From contig NC_058368.1 in assembly GCF_018350175.1 (NCBI RefSeq), positions 39,000,001 to 39,064,000 on the forward strand: a stretch of DNA of 64,000 bases, in the 5' to 3' direction. Both the position numbers and the translations under genes were made by a program. The number at the start of each line of letters is the position of its first letter. The first letter of the stretch is position 1. This DNA is from Felis catus. Its lineage: Eukaryota. The notes below the pieces were generated by a model, which was not told the origin of the DNA, searched no databases, and saw only the letters and a program-made list of their open reading frames with translations. Positions 37,349 to 50,266 of this stretch are shown one piece after another.

Positions 37349-38068
37349 TGCATTTGATTTCTATTGCTGCTACAACAAATAACTACAAATGCAGTGACTT
37401 AAGAGAACCCAAGTGTATTATCTTACAGTTTTGTAAGTCAGAAGTCTGCTATGGGTTTTCCTGGGCTAAAATCAAGGTATCAGAAGAACTGAGTTACTTT
37501 TTGGAGATTCTAGGGCATAGTTTGTTTCCTTTTCTTTTCCAGCTTCTAGAGGCGACTTGCTTTTTCTAGGCTCATGGCTGTTTTCCTACATCTTCAGGGT
37601 CAGCACCAATGGACAGAGTCCTCATACTGCAAGTTCCTGTCTTCCTATTTCCTCTTCCACTTTTTTTTTAAATGTTGTGTTTATTTTTGACAGAGCGAGA
37701 CAGAGCATGAGCAGGGAAGGGACAGAGAGAGAGGGAGACACAGAATCCAAAGCAGGCTCCGGGCTCTGAGCTGTCTGCACAGAGCCCGACATGGGGCTCA
37801 AACTCAGACCGCGAGATCATGACCTGTGCCAAAGTCGGATGCTCAAATGACTGAGCCACCAGGACGTCCCTCCTCTTCCACTTTTAATGATCCTCAGGAT
37901 TAAGCTGGGCCCACCTGATAATCCATGATACTCTTCCTATTTTAAGATCAGCTGATTAGCTATGTTACTTCTGTCTGCACCCTTAACTTCCCTTTGCAAT
38001 GTAGCCTAAAATATTTTAGATTTTATGAATTAGGATACAGACACGTGGGGGGCATTATTCTTACCATA
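37349..38068 (-). mobile_element. MaLR LTR (MLT1D-like) split by a SINE
   Basis: TTTCTATTGCTGCTACAACAAATAACTACAAA...GGCTAAAATCAAGGTATCAG...GGGGGCATTATTC. Confidence 0.82.
37661..37870 (-). mobile_element. Can-SINE
   Basis: TSD CCTCTTCCACTTTT. Confidence 0.95.
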
Positions 38069-39099
38069 AGTTATTACCACAACTTTTCGATAGAAAAGAA
38101 AAAATAATTTAAAATATAAAGTGATCATCACAGACATAATAAAAAGGAACTAACTGAAATTTCAAAGCAGTAGGAATACTGAAAGCATACTGTAAATGGA
38201 AGAAGAATAGAGGATGTGAATCTCTGAGGAGCGGAAAACACAGGATGGGAAGCCCTTTTCCTCTAAGTATTATGGTAGACTGATAACCCTTCAAATTCTG
38301 TCACGGTATATGCTCTGAAGATTGAATATGTATGAACCCATGTATGTAATTACCTTTTCATGATGTTTAGGAATAACTGCTGATGTAAGGAAGAGAGGTG
38401 ACCCAGTAGACTCTTATTTAAGATTACTTTTTTCTTATTTCATAATTATCACATTTCTTCAATTACATTTCCGTTTTTAGCATTCTGCATATTTGCATGC
38501 TATTGTCATTCTGACTCTAATTTTACAGACTCTTTGTCTCTTCCTTTTCACATTCCATGAAGGCAGAAAAAAAAAAAGGAATGTGTTTCCTAAAACTTTT
38601 CCAGAAGCCATTTGTACATTCAGGCAGAAGAAACAGCATTCTGGAATATATCCTCAAAATTACAGAACTTGAACAAATCGCTTAATATTTTCAAGTCCCT
38701 GCTATCAGATTGGTGAACATGGGAGTATCATAGTAAATTATCCTGGAATCCAACAAGGCTATAGCAGGAGATGCAAAACACACTCAAATAGGATAATTTA
38801 AAGAGATTTTAATAAGTTGAATAGTTGTGGAGTAGATGGAAGCCAAAAGTATCTCATGGCAAGTTAATTGGGGGGTAGAGGAATGAGTAAGTAGGGGAAT
38901 CTTTGTTCTTAAATCTTTAGGCTTATAGAGACCAGATAACTCAGCGTATCTGGACATGGGCAGGTGTGTGGGTGGAGAGGTCCACCCAAAAGAAATTCAG
39001 GAATGAAAGTTTGGCATCTGTCAGTAGATGGGGAACCAGTAAAATATATAGCCTCAGTTCCTTTTCAGCATCCTATCTGCTGCCTGTAGATGCTCACCA

Positions 39100-39240
39100 G
39101 CTTCAACACTTAATAGTATGTGACCTGGGAAATTTAGTTAACCTTTCTGAGGTCTTAGTTCTTTATAGTAAGTTTATTGTAAGTTTTAAATACCTGCAAA
39201 GCATTAAAACAGTGTTTGGTGCTTAGGAAGTACTGATTGC
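39100..39240 (+). mobile_element. MIR fragment
   Basis: TGTGACCTGGGAAATTTAGTTAACCTTTCTGAGGTCTTAGTT. Confidence 0.65.
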
Positions 39241-40339
39241 AGTTATTAGAAGTATCATCACGTGCTCATTCCTTGTGGGGAATTATTCAGAAAAGAATAA
39301 TAAAATTGACATAACAGGATATCAGATTGCAAAAGCAGAGGTAAAGAATTAGAAATAAATTAGTTTGTTCAATATTGAGTAGGTATACATGTCAGGAACT
39401 TTTCTAGGCGTTGCAAATAGTCCATGGCGCTGGATATACTTTAAAGTTAAAATTCAAGATGGTATAATGCGGGATTGAATTTTGAACAAAAGCAGTTAAA
39501 TGTAAAATAATCAATTTTGTATTTTTCTGGGATAGCTGCGGAAGCAGCATATGTGATGAATACGATGAAGGAGAGAGTGACTTGGAAAATTCAGTTAGCA
39601 AAATATACGGCAGTCAAATCACATTCCTCTTTAACAAGAGGACAAATCATTGGCTATCACCAATCTGAGAGCCAACATCTGAAAGAAAGCATCAGAAAAA
39701 AAATTAAAGCATAAGTGTCATACATTTTTAAAGTACAGTTCTTTCTTCAGAATTATTAAAGCTGCTCTGTTGCCTTGAGAATTCCACACAAAATGAATTC
39801 ATAAGAAGAGTAGGATATAATCCTTAGTTTCTTTTGTGAGCTATATTGATGGGGAGGATACAGTCATCTGGACATTGCATTATTTTACAAATGTCTCATT
39901 TGAACACTTCAAATTGAATGGAAAGTTTAAATTTAATATATTGTTACTTGAAATGAGTTTGAGTAATGTATGCCATCTTTATAGTTATGAAAGATCTGTA
40001 CAGTTTTGTACAAGAAGGACTGTCCTTCAGCAAACAGAAAAAAAAAAGTGTAACCCAGTGGAGAAGTGAAGTTCTTTTAGAGTCACGCTTCACTTAGCTC
40101 CTGCAGTTTGTGCACAAAAACTGGCTCTCGTGCATGTCTATGACACAGGATTTACAAAAGAATACATCCCGGAAAGACTTTTGTTTGGAAGGCTGGATGT
40201 GTTTATTCTGCAAATGTCATGATGCCTTTAAAGAGAAATAGATTAGATGGTAAATTAGTATTATGCAATGTGGAATAGTGAAACAAGGAGGTACCTTGGA
40301 TGTAGTCAAGGGTTTTAGTTATTGTTGGGATTCTGGGCT

Positions 40340-40535
40340 TTAACGTAGTGGTTTAAAAATGTGAATACTAAAGTTTAGACGGTGGAGTTTGAATAACGGC
40401 ATCACAAAATGCAGCCTGTGCATGACCAACTTGAGCAGGACACTCATCCTGCTGTACCGTAGTTTCTTCATCACTAAAATTGGAGTTTTGGCCAGGATTT
40501 AATATAAAACACATATAAGAGCATTTAAAAATATT
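40340..40535 (+). mobile_element. MIR fragment
   Basis: GTAGTGGTTTAAAAATGTGAA...AGTTTCTTCATCACTAAAATTGG. Confidence 0.55.
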
Positions 40536-40582
40536 TAATACGTGTCTCCCATGGTTTCTGTTAAAGTTACATTATCCTACTA

Positions 40583-40758
40583 GGGCACCTGGGTGGCTCA
40601 GTTGGTTAAGCGTCTGACTCTTGGTTTCAGCTCAGGTCATGATCTCATGATTTCAGCCCCGCTTTGGACTCTGCGCTGATGGCGTGGAGCCTGCTTGGGA
40701 TTCTCTCTCTCTCTCAAAAAAAATAAATAAATAAATAAAATAAACTTAAAAGAAAAAA
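40583..40758 (+). mobile_element. Can-SINE, internally shortened
   Basis: Degenerate TSD AAAGTTACATTATCCTACT / AAAGTTATACTGTCCTACT. Confidence 0.92.
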
Positions 40759-41171
40759 GTTATACTGTCCTACTTAGTAATCAGAGTAATAAAGTCCCCT
40801 CCCTTTTATACACTGCCCCTTCCTCTGTTAACCACTGGCTTTGTTTTCTATGGCCAGTCACATAACCCTTAAAAGAGTGTTTTCTTCATCTGTAAAGCAT
40901 ATATAAAGGGATTGACAATATTTAGTATCCTTCAAAGTGTCAAAATCTCTAATGATTACAAGCTAAAATAAAACTCTATCCTCAGAATTTGTGTTATTTT
41001 GAGAGTAACTTGTGAAGAAGGTGTAAATCTAGGAAGGTATCTAAATGCTTACTGAAGTTAGCAAATCCATTGGGACTTGACTTTCTGCTCAAAGTAAAGT
41101 CTGATAATTTGGCTATTTGTGACATGTTATTCATCTGCAGATGTATGACCCAGTATCTAAATGGCAATGCC

Positions 41172-41175
<4 letters not shown>

Positions 41176-41214
<39 letters not shown>
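41176..41214. repeat. (AC)n microsatellite
   Basis: Direct reading. Confidence 0.96.
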
Positions 41215-41217
<3 letters not shown>

Positions 41218-44200
41218 TCACGATTGTTTTGTCATTGCTGACTTAGGTTTTGTAGAATTTTTTATAATGAACCTGCCATATTAAAACTGAGAAGTTAAAG
41301 GTAAAATGTAACAGTTTGTCACAATTATGTTTCATATTGACAGGTGTTCTGAACTTTCTGTTTGATAACTAGACATATAAATTTCAGTTCTTAAAGCTTT
41401 GCAGCCAATTTAAGGGCTCATTTATTTCACTGACAGCAAGATGTATGTGCAGCCTGGCATACTGGATGTCTGGGGCCAAAATCGGCACTTTGTTGCTTGC
41501 GTGTTTCACAGGGAGTAAATAGTAGCAATTTTTCAGCATAGGCATACTAGCACAAGGTGTTTAGCAAATAAATGAGCATAAGATGACCTGTGGTGTCCTG
41601 AAATTACTAAAATTCATGAATAATAAAATGATCTATAGATTGTTAGCAGAGGGCTACAGCACAGGCTAATTTGCAGCCAGTGAAGCTTTGCAGGATAATT
41701 TATAACTTTTGAAAATTTAATGACTTCATCAATTTTTACCTATTTTTTACCAATATAATCTCCTGAATACCACTTTCAGCTATGATTTCCTTGTAAGAAA
41801 ATATCTAAGACACTTACATGATTAGGGTATTAAAATAACCCTGCTTAATTTAGATTTCTTGATTGTTTTATATAGTTCAAAAAATAATAGAGGAGAAAAC
41901 TTTAATGGTTGTGTTTTGTTTTTGTAAGACAGTTTTATGAAAATAACCTTGACATATATAACTATCTGTGTTGTTTGATACTATCCTTTCAGGGGCATAT
42001 CATTTCAGTTTTGACAATTAAGCTTTCACTTTAAATCTAAGTATTGACACCAACTCATTTTTTTCTTTACAAACATCATAGGAAAAATCATTAAATATAA
42101 AAATATATATCCCTATTTATACTCAAATTATGTGGAGAATATTTTAAGTAATTCTTTCAAAACAATTAATAAATAGTGCTTGACATCTAGTTTTATATTC
42201 TCCCACAAAGACAAATAACTGAGAGTCCACAATGTATATTTATGCATGTTTTTTTCTTTTATATTTATATTTTATTGCTAATATGCTTTGATTGGTTAGT
42301 AGATTGTATTTGGGCTATGACTTTAGGATACTTACCTGTTTTCTGAATTTTCTAGTAGTTGAAGTTAAGAACTTCGTATCATTGTCTCATATGTATGAAT
42401 GACACAACTTTTTTTTTTTTTATAGAGAAATCTGCAGGTCAATATTGTAGAATTTGTTCATTGAGTATGGTCTCTGATTATTAATAAAAAACAAACTTAT
42501 TTCCTGACAGTGTCTAAACAAGTTAGTCAGTAACTGGAATATAGGTATTATCAAAATGGATTGTGGATTTAAAGCAATAAAACTATTTTCATCTGTGAAT
42601 AGTTAAACAGAATGTATATTTATCTAAATATTTTCTATTTAAAGGGGTTATTTTTGTTTTAAGAATATTTCTATTAAACAAAAATTAAAATCATTTGTAG
42701 TCTTTTAATGTTTTATTTCTTTTATTAAATAGGATCTGTAGATCCTACATGGCAGAGTAAAGTTTAATAGCCATTAATTTTTACCTATTATATATTATTG
42801 ATGTAATATTAATACTAATATTAGTCAGAAGTAGTACCTAACACTAGGTAGCTGCTATGATCTAAGAACATAGTCATATGACTTATTTGCATATTATTTT
42901 ACAATTATAAATATTGTATATTATGTACATGTAAATATATTATATACATATTATATATACATATATGCATTTATTTTACATATTACATACATATACAATA
43001 AAATATTGTGTACATATTTTATTAGCTCCTCATGACCTTATAATATATGAATTAATACTGCAATGTATATGCCTGCAATGTATAGCTAAGTGAGGCTAAT
43101 AAGTGAAAGCAATCTTTTCAAAGCCCTGGGTGTATTGAATGAAAGAACCAACATTCAAATTCCGTATATAGGTATCTAAGTTGCGTGTTCTTTCCAAAAT
43201 AACACGAGTTGTCCTAAGATCCATCTGAAATAAATATGCACTTATATTCAGTGGTGTTTATGATTTGTGTTAAAAATTGCAACATTTTTTGAAATTTAAT
43301 ATATTCACAACTTATTTTGGTGACCTACATTTTATAATTATTTTTCAGGACACTTTATATTTACCCCAGTCAATCCTATTGTGCATTTTCCCCAAATTTT
43401 GAATTGCTGCTATCTTATATACTATCATCCGATATAGTGGAAGGAAGATAAGGAATAAAGTAGTCTGATAATCTTGTTTACATTCTTGCTAGTTAATTCC
43501 CTGGGCTTTAGTTTTTCATCCATAAACATGACAAACTAGTAAAATTCATCATAGCAATCTTGGCATTGGTGAATACCATATAGTGCATGTGATATCCCTA
43601 AAATACTCTAATTATAATTCCCATGAAATGAAGAGACTACTGAGAACTAGAGCATTCAAAAATAATTATGTTGCAAAGAATGTTAATAAATTACCAAACA
43701 TAGAGAGAGGGAGAGAAAGAGATCCAGGGAGGGTGGCAGGGAGGAGCCTATTTAGAGATAAAACCATTTCAAATTGAGTTAATCTAGATTATTTTTAAGA
43801 ACTTATTTTGCTGCTGGAAGTTCAGCAGTGTAAATGTGGCTTGTCAGAAAGCAATTTCAGAGCCAAGAGGATCGGAGTGAGTTATCAGTAGTCAACAACT
43901 TAGGATTGGATATTTATTTGCTCAGCTCCTTTTAGTCATGGGCGAGCAGAGAGACACTTTCAGGTTCTGAGTTGAGATGGACAAATGAGTGAAGAATGTA
44001 ATTGAGCACGTAATACATACTGTGCACTCTATTCTCCAGGAAGAAAGGAGATATACTTAAATGAGAATGTTTAGTGAAAAAGAAATACTATCACAATCAA
44101 TTTGACAGCATAAGATGATACGATAGGAACCCTTAAAATTCTCACCTGCTTCTTGACGGTTTTCAGCCACTGTTTTTACTGATTCATTAGTAAAGTATCT

Positions 44201-44288
44201 TTTTAGACTTTTTTCATTATTATTTAAAGCATTTATGAACAGTTAAAAAATAGAACATTGAAATATTTCTAAGAAATTGAGTTGGAAA

Positions 44289-44360
44289 GTGTGTGTGTGT
44301 GTGTGTGTGTGTGCGCGTGTGTGTATGTGCGCGCGCGTACACGCATATACGCATACACAT
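44289..44360. repeat. (GT)n/(GC)n alternating purine-pyrimidine tract
   Basis: Direct reading. Confidence 0.9.
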
Positions 44361-44999
44361 TATTTTTTGGTTTGGAAGGTTTGTTGAATGTCTTGATGTC
44401 TGGGCAGGATCTTGGTTCATTTGGCAGAATAGAAGCTCTGGTGTCTTAGGTGCCATTTAAATTCTGCCTCCTCTACAAGAGGAGAAAACAAGATATTCAA
44501 CAGGCTCAATCTAATATTTGTAACACAGTGTTTTCTTGGAGCCTGGATTTTGTTCCTTTCCTGTTTACAAATCTTTGGCTAGAAGCAAGATAATTCAAAA
44601 AAATTTTAAAGCTCTCACAGATTTTGTTTTGAGCTCTGATTATTTAGTTCTCTTTGCCAGCCTAGGCTTTGGTTATATCAGCTTTGACAAGAATGCTCTT
44701 AAAAGCTGAATATTAGTAAGAATTAAAAATAAACTAACTACACACAGAAAAAAAACAATGTACTTAAGATCATTCCTAGGAACATTCGTTTGCTTTCATG
44801 CTAGCCAGCCATGTTAATGATGCAGAGGCACAAAACATTTTTTTTGAAGTTTTCATCTTATTTGCAAGTGAGCAAATTAATGAAGTTCAAAGTGAAAATG
44901 ACATGATCAACTCTCCCTTAGATGCTGGTTTTGATGATCCACTCCACAAAAAATGGTTTTGTGTCCCCTTGTCTTACAGATGATCATGTTCAGTGGTAC

Positions 45000-45000
<1 letters not shown>

Positions 45001-45041
<41 letters not shown>

Positions 45042-45061
45042 TACACATATATACACACACA

Positions 45062-45104
<43 letters not shown>

Positions 45105-45135
45105 TATACATATATGTGTGTGTGTGTATATGTGC

Positions 45136-45186
<51 letters not shown>
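45001..45186. repeat. Compound (CA)n-(TA)n-(TG)n quasi-palindromic microsatellite
   Basis: Direct reading; the two arms are near reverse complements. Confidence 0.95.
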
Positions 45187-45758
45187 GACTTGTATTAGAC
45201 TTCATACCTGATGTCTGTAAAGCACAGAATTTTGTCCTCTCTTTGATTAGGTATTGTTCCTTCTCTGTGCAACTACCTCTCTTTGTTCTGGCAAAGGACC
45301 AAAACCTCCTAAGATAAACTTTTCCTTTTAGTCCTCCTAACAGAGGAGTTATCCTTATGTTTATAAATTCTTATATTCTCATAACTGCAGTCTCCATGTG
45401 GTTGTTCTCACTAGGCTTGAAATGAAACAGGGGCATCATCTTTCACTTGCATTGAAGGGTGGTAAACAACTACACTGGTGGCTCTTAAAAATAATTGCAT
45501 TTCCCTTACATCTTCAACCATCATCTTTCTATTGTCAGGTAGTCAAGAGGAGGGAATGATAATACAGGTGGAAAGAAAATATGTCAATCTCTGACTATGC
45601 CCTGATGATTATAGCACTTTCCTTTGGAATGAGGAGACACTCAGTACCTATTTTTCTCAATGCTTTGACCTTAGGTAAAGTGAAACTGGAATTGTTATAC
45701 CTGTAGGCTGATAGATTATGCCATATGCCTTAATTTGCTATTAATGTTTTAAAGGACA

Positions 45759-46167
45759 ATGTAGTGAATTGTATGCCGTTTTAGAAAATTCTCATGATGC
45801 TGCCTCCTTTCTCAAATTTGTCATTTCTCATTTATCTAAGATCTTTGAGATCACTCAACTATGTTCACAGAATTGAAAGCCATTTTTACAGTGCAGCTAA
45901 CACCTCCTTATTGGAAAGGCCTGTATCCAGTGACTCTTTGATACAGGAATGTAACAGCTTGCCCCAATTCAAGACAATACTAAGAGGCCACACCACCCTC
46001 AGAATCTAAAGTCCGTTTTGAGATGTTATCACAGTACATGATCTGCCCAATTCTGGTTCTTTTCCTTTTTTGTCCTTGGAGGAAGATCCCAAATATCCTT
46101 TCTGATAAACATCTTACATTCTAACCTTCATCTCAAGGTCTGCATTCTAGAGAACCCAGACACAACA
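45759..46167 (+). mobile_element. ERVL LTR16-like solo LTR
   Basis: TGTAGTG start; 3' end GATAAACATCTTACATTCTAACCTTCATCTCAAGGTCTGCATTCTAGAGAACCCAGACACAACA. Confidence 0.7.
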
Positions 46168-46574
46168 ATTAATGGCCAGAAAACACAAACATTGAGGTTT
46201 TCTTATTGCGGTTCATTCTATAATTTTTGTTAGCATTTTAGTATAAAAAAACCCTGCCCACGTTTTAAAAATTTATTATTCATTAATTTGCATGACTATG
46301 GAAACATATATTTCCATTTGTAATGAATTATAACCTACCTTATTATTAACGTTCAAGATGTCTTAATAAGAGCTGGATTCTGTGTATTTTGACCTGTCCA
46401 TAACATTTTATTTTTGTCACTTATTCTGTCCTACATTTGCCTTGCTCTCTTATTACCCAGCCCTGAAATTAAGTCTTATCTAGACAGGTATTCTTAGTGC
46501 TTCTAGACATGCTCTATGGACAATGCCTGAAAGTTTTTTATCTGTTATATGTTTCTCTTTGTATGTATGTGTCT

Positions 46575-46576
<2 letters not shown>

Positions 46577-46611
<35 letters not shown>
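46577..46611. repeat. (GT)n microsatellite
   Basis: Direct reading. Confidence 0.96.
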
Positions 46612-46612
<1 letters not shown>

Positions 46613-47666
46613 ACGCGCACGCCTATCCTTTCTCCCTTTTTTATCTATATAGGTATCTTTGTAATCTGTTTATAAAAACTTTTAGGCCATTTTGTTTACA
46701 TCAAATTATGGTTCAACTCTTCAGGGTTCATTTTAGCCTCCTTTTCCTTCTTTGCAACTACTTTTTTCAACAATGAGAGACCTGACTTCCATTTTCTACC
46801 ATATGTTTACTATTTGCTCAATTCTATGGTATACAGAAAGTAGGTTCAGAATTGTTGATCCATACTACTGTGGAAACCAAACCTAATAACTCAAGTTTAA
46901 TAATTGCTTTCTTTTTCTCCTTAACTTGAAGCTACAGGGTCAGAGTACTGTATTTTACAGTTACATGGGATTTTATTTTCCCTGTTTTGCATGGTTATTG
47001 CTATTTATCTGAAATGCAATTATGTTTAGTTTTATTAGTATAATATGCTATAATTTACTTCCCCTTTCCTGTTTTGTTTATTTAACCCATTTCATTCATT
47101 GCTTTAATTTTGTAAAAATGTAACATAGTTCCAAAAATCAAAATTATACAAGTCATACTCAGAGAAATATCACCAGTTCCTCATTCATTTTATCCTAATG
47201 CCAACACATTCTCTATATGTAACCAATCTCAGAAGTTTCTGTTCTTTTTACATTTTTTGGAAAAATTGCAGATCTCTGTATTTTTTTAATTTTCCCTATT
47301 ATACATAAAGCCAGTGTATTATAGGTTTACTTTGTCATATAACCAATTATATCAGCTCACAAAGATCTTTCTTATTCTTTTATAAAGTGGCATATATAGC
47401 TGCATATATCCATTATGTGGATATAATAATGTATAGTTAACCAATCTTCTATAGATGGACATTTATTTATTTTTCTTCCAACGTTTTATTTAAATTCCAG
47501 TTAGTTAACATAGTGTAATATTAGTTTCAGGTGTAGGATTTAGTGATTCATCACTTACATATAACATCCAGTGCTCATCACACAAACTGCCCTCCTTAAT
47601 ACCCATCACCTGTTTAACCCATCCCTCTGCCTGCCTCACCTCCAGCAAACCTGTTTTTCTTTATAA

Positions 47667-47895
47667 TTTTTTTATAAATACATTTTGATTTCTTTATGTT
47701 TATTTATTTTTCAGTGAGAGAGAGTGTGTGTGAATGGGAGAGGGGCAGAGAGAGAGGGAGATACAAAATCCGAAGTAGGCTCCAGGCTTTGAGCTGTCAG
47801 CACAGAGCCTGATGTGGGGCTAGAACCCATGAACTGGGAGATCATGACCTGAGCTGAAGTCGGACGCTTAACCGACTGAGCCACCCAGGCACCCC
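47667..47895 (-). mobile_element. Can-SINE
   Basis: SINE structure; flanking repeat TTCTTTATAATT. Confidence 0.94.
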
Positions 47896-47921
47896 TGTTC
47901 TTTATAATTAAAAATCTATTT

Positions 47922-48133
47922 GGGGCGCCTGGGTGGTTCAGTCGGTTAAGCGTCCGACTTCAGCTCAGGTCATGATCTCACAGTCCGTGAATTCTAGCCC
48001 TGCATTGGGCTCTGTGCTGACAGCTCAGAGCCTGGAACCTGCTTTGGATTCTGTGTCTCCCTCTCTCTCTGCCCCTCCCCTGCTCATGCTCTGTCTCTCT
48101 TTGTCTCAAAAATAAATAAAAACATTAAAAAAA
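47922..48133 (+). mobile_element. Can-SINE
   Basis: SINE structure; flanking AATCT(A/G)TTT. Confidence 0.95.
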
Positions 48134-48197
48134 TAATCTGTTTTAAGGTTTGCCTTTCTCTTCCCCCCTTCTGTGTTCATCTGTTTTGTTTCTTCTT

Positions 48198-48440
48198 CTT
48201 TTTTTTTTAATGTTTATTTATTTTTGACAGAGATGGAGAGAGAAGGAGAGAGAGACACAGAGAGAGGTGGAGCCTGAGTGAGGAGGGGCAGAGAGAAAGG
48301 GAGAGAAACAGAATCTAAAACAGGCTCAAGGCTCTGAGATGTCAGCACAGGGCCCAGCATGGGGCTGGAACTCATTAACCTCAAGATCATGATGTGAGCT
48401 GAAGTCAGATGCTCAAACGACTAAGCCACCCAGGCACCCC
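48198..48440 (-). mobile_element. Can-SINE
   Basis: SINE structure; flanking repeat CATCTGTTTT(T)GTT. Confidence 0.94.
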
Positions 48441-48666
48441 CATCTGTTTTGTTACTTAAATTCCACATGTGAGTGAAATTATATGGTATTTGTCTTCCTC
48501 TAAGTTATTTCCTTTAGTATAATATACTCTTAACTCCACATTCTTGCAAATGGCAATATTTCATTCTTTTTTTTTTGTGACTGAGAAATATATAAACATT
48601 TAGATTTTTACTAATACACTGCAAAAAAGATGTTGTAATGAGTAACTTTAAGAGTATATATTTTCA

Positions 48667-48892
48667 GGGGCGCCTGGGTGGTGCAGTCGGTTAAGCGTCC
48701 GACTTCAGCCAGGTCACGATCTCGCGGTCCGTGAGTTCAAGCCCCTCGTCGGGCTCTGGGCTGATGGCTCAGAGCCTGGAGCCTGTTTCCGATTCTATGT
48801 CTCCCTCTTTCTCTGCCCCTCGCCTGTTCATGCTCTGTCTCTCTCTCTGTCCCAAAAATAAATAAACGTTGAAAAAAAATTAAAAAAAAAAA
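48667..48892 (+). mobile_element. Young felid SINEC_Fc
   Basis: TSD AGTATATATTTTCA. Confidence 0.96.
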
Positions 48893-50029
48893 GTATATAT
48901 TTTCATTTGGTCAATGTGTATCATCAGGTTAAATTACTAAAATTGGGATTGTTAAATCACAAGGGCTAAATATTTACATAGATTGTTAGGTATTTCTGAA
49001 TTTCCTTTCTTATGAGCTGAGTTTGCATTTCTACTGGCAATTGATAAGAGTACCGTTTCTTCAAAGTTCCTATTAGTTAAATGTTTTCAGACATTTTAAT
49101 TTCTGCCAATTTGAACGAAAAATATTATCTTAGTGTAGTAGTGATTTACATTTCTCTTACTGTATCTGAGATTAAATATATTTTCATATGTTTAAGGACC
49201 ATTTGCATATATTTTTGAAATATTTGTTCATGTATTTTGTACATTATTTTATTGGGGTTTATGTATATATATATATTTTCCTCTAATATTTGTGTGGTTT
49301 CTTTCAAAGTTATGTCTCTGATCTATTTGAATTTTATTATTTTGTTTTGTGTTTGATATATATTTAAAATTTATCATTTCCCAAATGTTTATACAATTAC
49401 TATTGTACTATTTATTAAAGAGTCCATCATTGCTATACTTATCTGAAATGGTTCTATTATCATATTAATTATATATATATATTTATTTATATATATATGA
49501 GACAGTTTCTAGACTATAAATTTTATTGTACAAAATATCTATGTTTTATGCACCTATATTCCATTGTTTTTTAGTTAAAAAAGTTTTAAAGTCTGTTTTG
49601 AAAGTTTTATAGGTTAGCTCTCATAAGTTTTCTGCTCAGTGTTTGTTGATTTAGATTTTCAGTGGGAGTTCAAGATAGTTCTTCTAGATTTGGTTTTAAT
49701 TTCTTGCTTGCATTGAGGTTTGTGATCTTTACTTTCTACTCTTTATAAATGAACAAGTAGGTTTTACATGAGTTTAATTGTTCTTGTTAGATGTAGTTAT
49801 TTTGGAGACTGTTTAGAGTGATTTGGATTTAAATGTGACAGTTTTTCTCAGGTTATTAGAAAAACATAAAAGAAGAAAGAAAACTTTTAAATAATATCAT
49901 AAAAGCCAAGTTTGGCAAAATTAAATATATATATTTATATGTATAATATATAAAATTTATATATATATACACACACATACTATGTATATATGTATATATA
50001 TATATATGTTTGCAACTATATGAGCTACA

Positions 50030-50205
50030 AAAAATAACTCAAAACAGATTAAGGATTTAAACATATAAGCTAAAACTATAAATCTCTTAATAGAAAACTT
50101 AGCTCTAATCTTCGTGACCTTGGATTAAGAATTGATTTCTTTAGATATGATTCCAAACCACAAGTAACAAGAAATGATAAATTTTTTTAATGTTTATTAA
50201 TTTTT

Positions 50206-50266
<61 letters not shown>

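Larger units (their letters stand above)
47465..48590 (-). mobile_element. Carnivore L1 3' end (5'-truncated) carrying three nested SINEs, itself within older L1 remnants (~46420-49650)
   Basis: TTTAAATTCCAGTTAGTTAACATAGTGTAATATTAGTTTCAGGTGTA...AAATTCCACATGTGAGTGAAATTATATGGTATTTGTC. Confidence 0.82.

Noticed and set aside
39517..39714. 65-aa ORF in non-repetitive sequence
   Set aside because: Non-ATG start, no recognisable homology, no convincing splice structure
42730..42747. Inverted repeat TAGGATCT-GT-AGATCCTA
   Set aside because: An 8-bp stem is expected by chance in 64 kb and has no supporting context
44907..45317. Cluster of overlapping ORFs rich in H/T/Y/I/C/V
   Set aside because: Artefact of stop-free dinucleotide repeats
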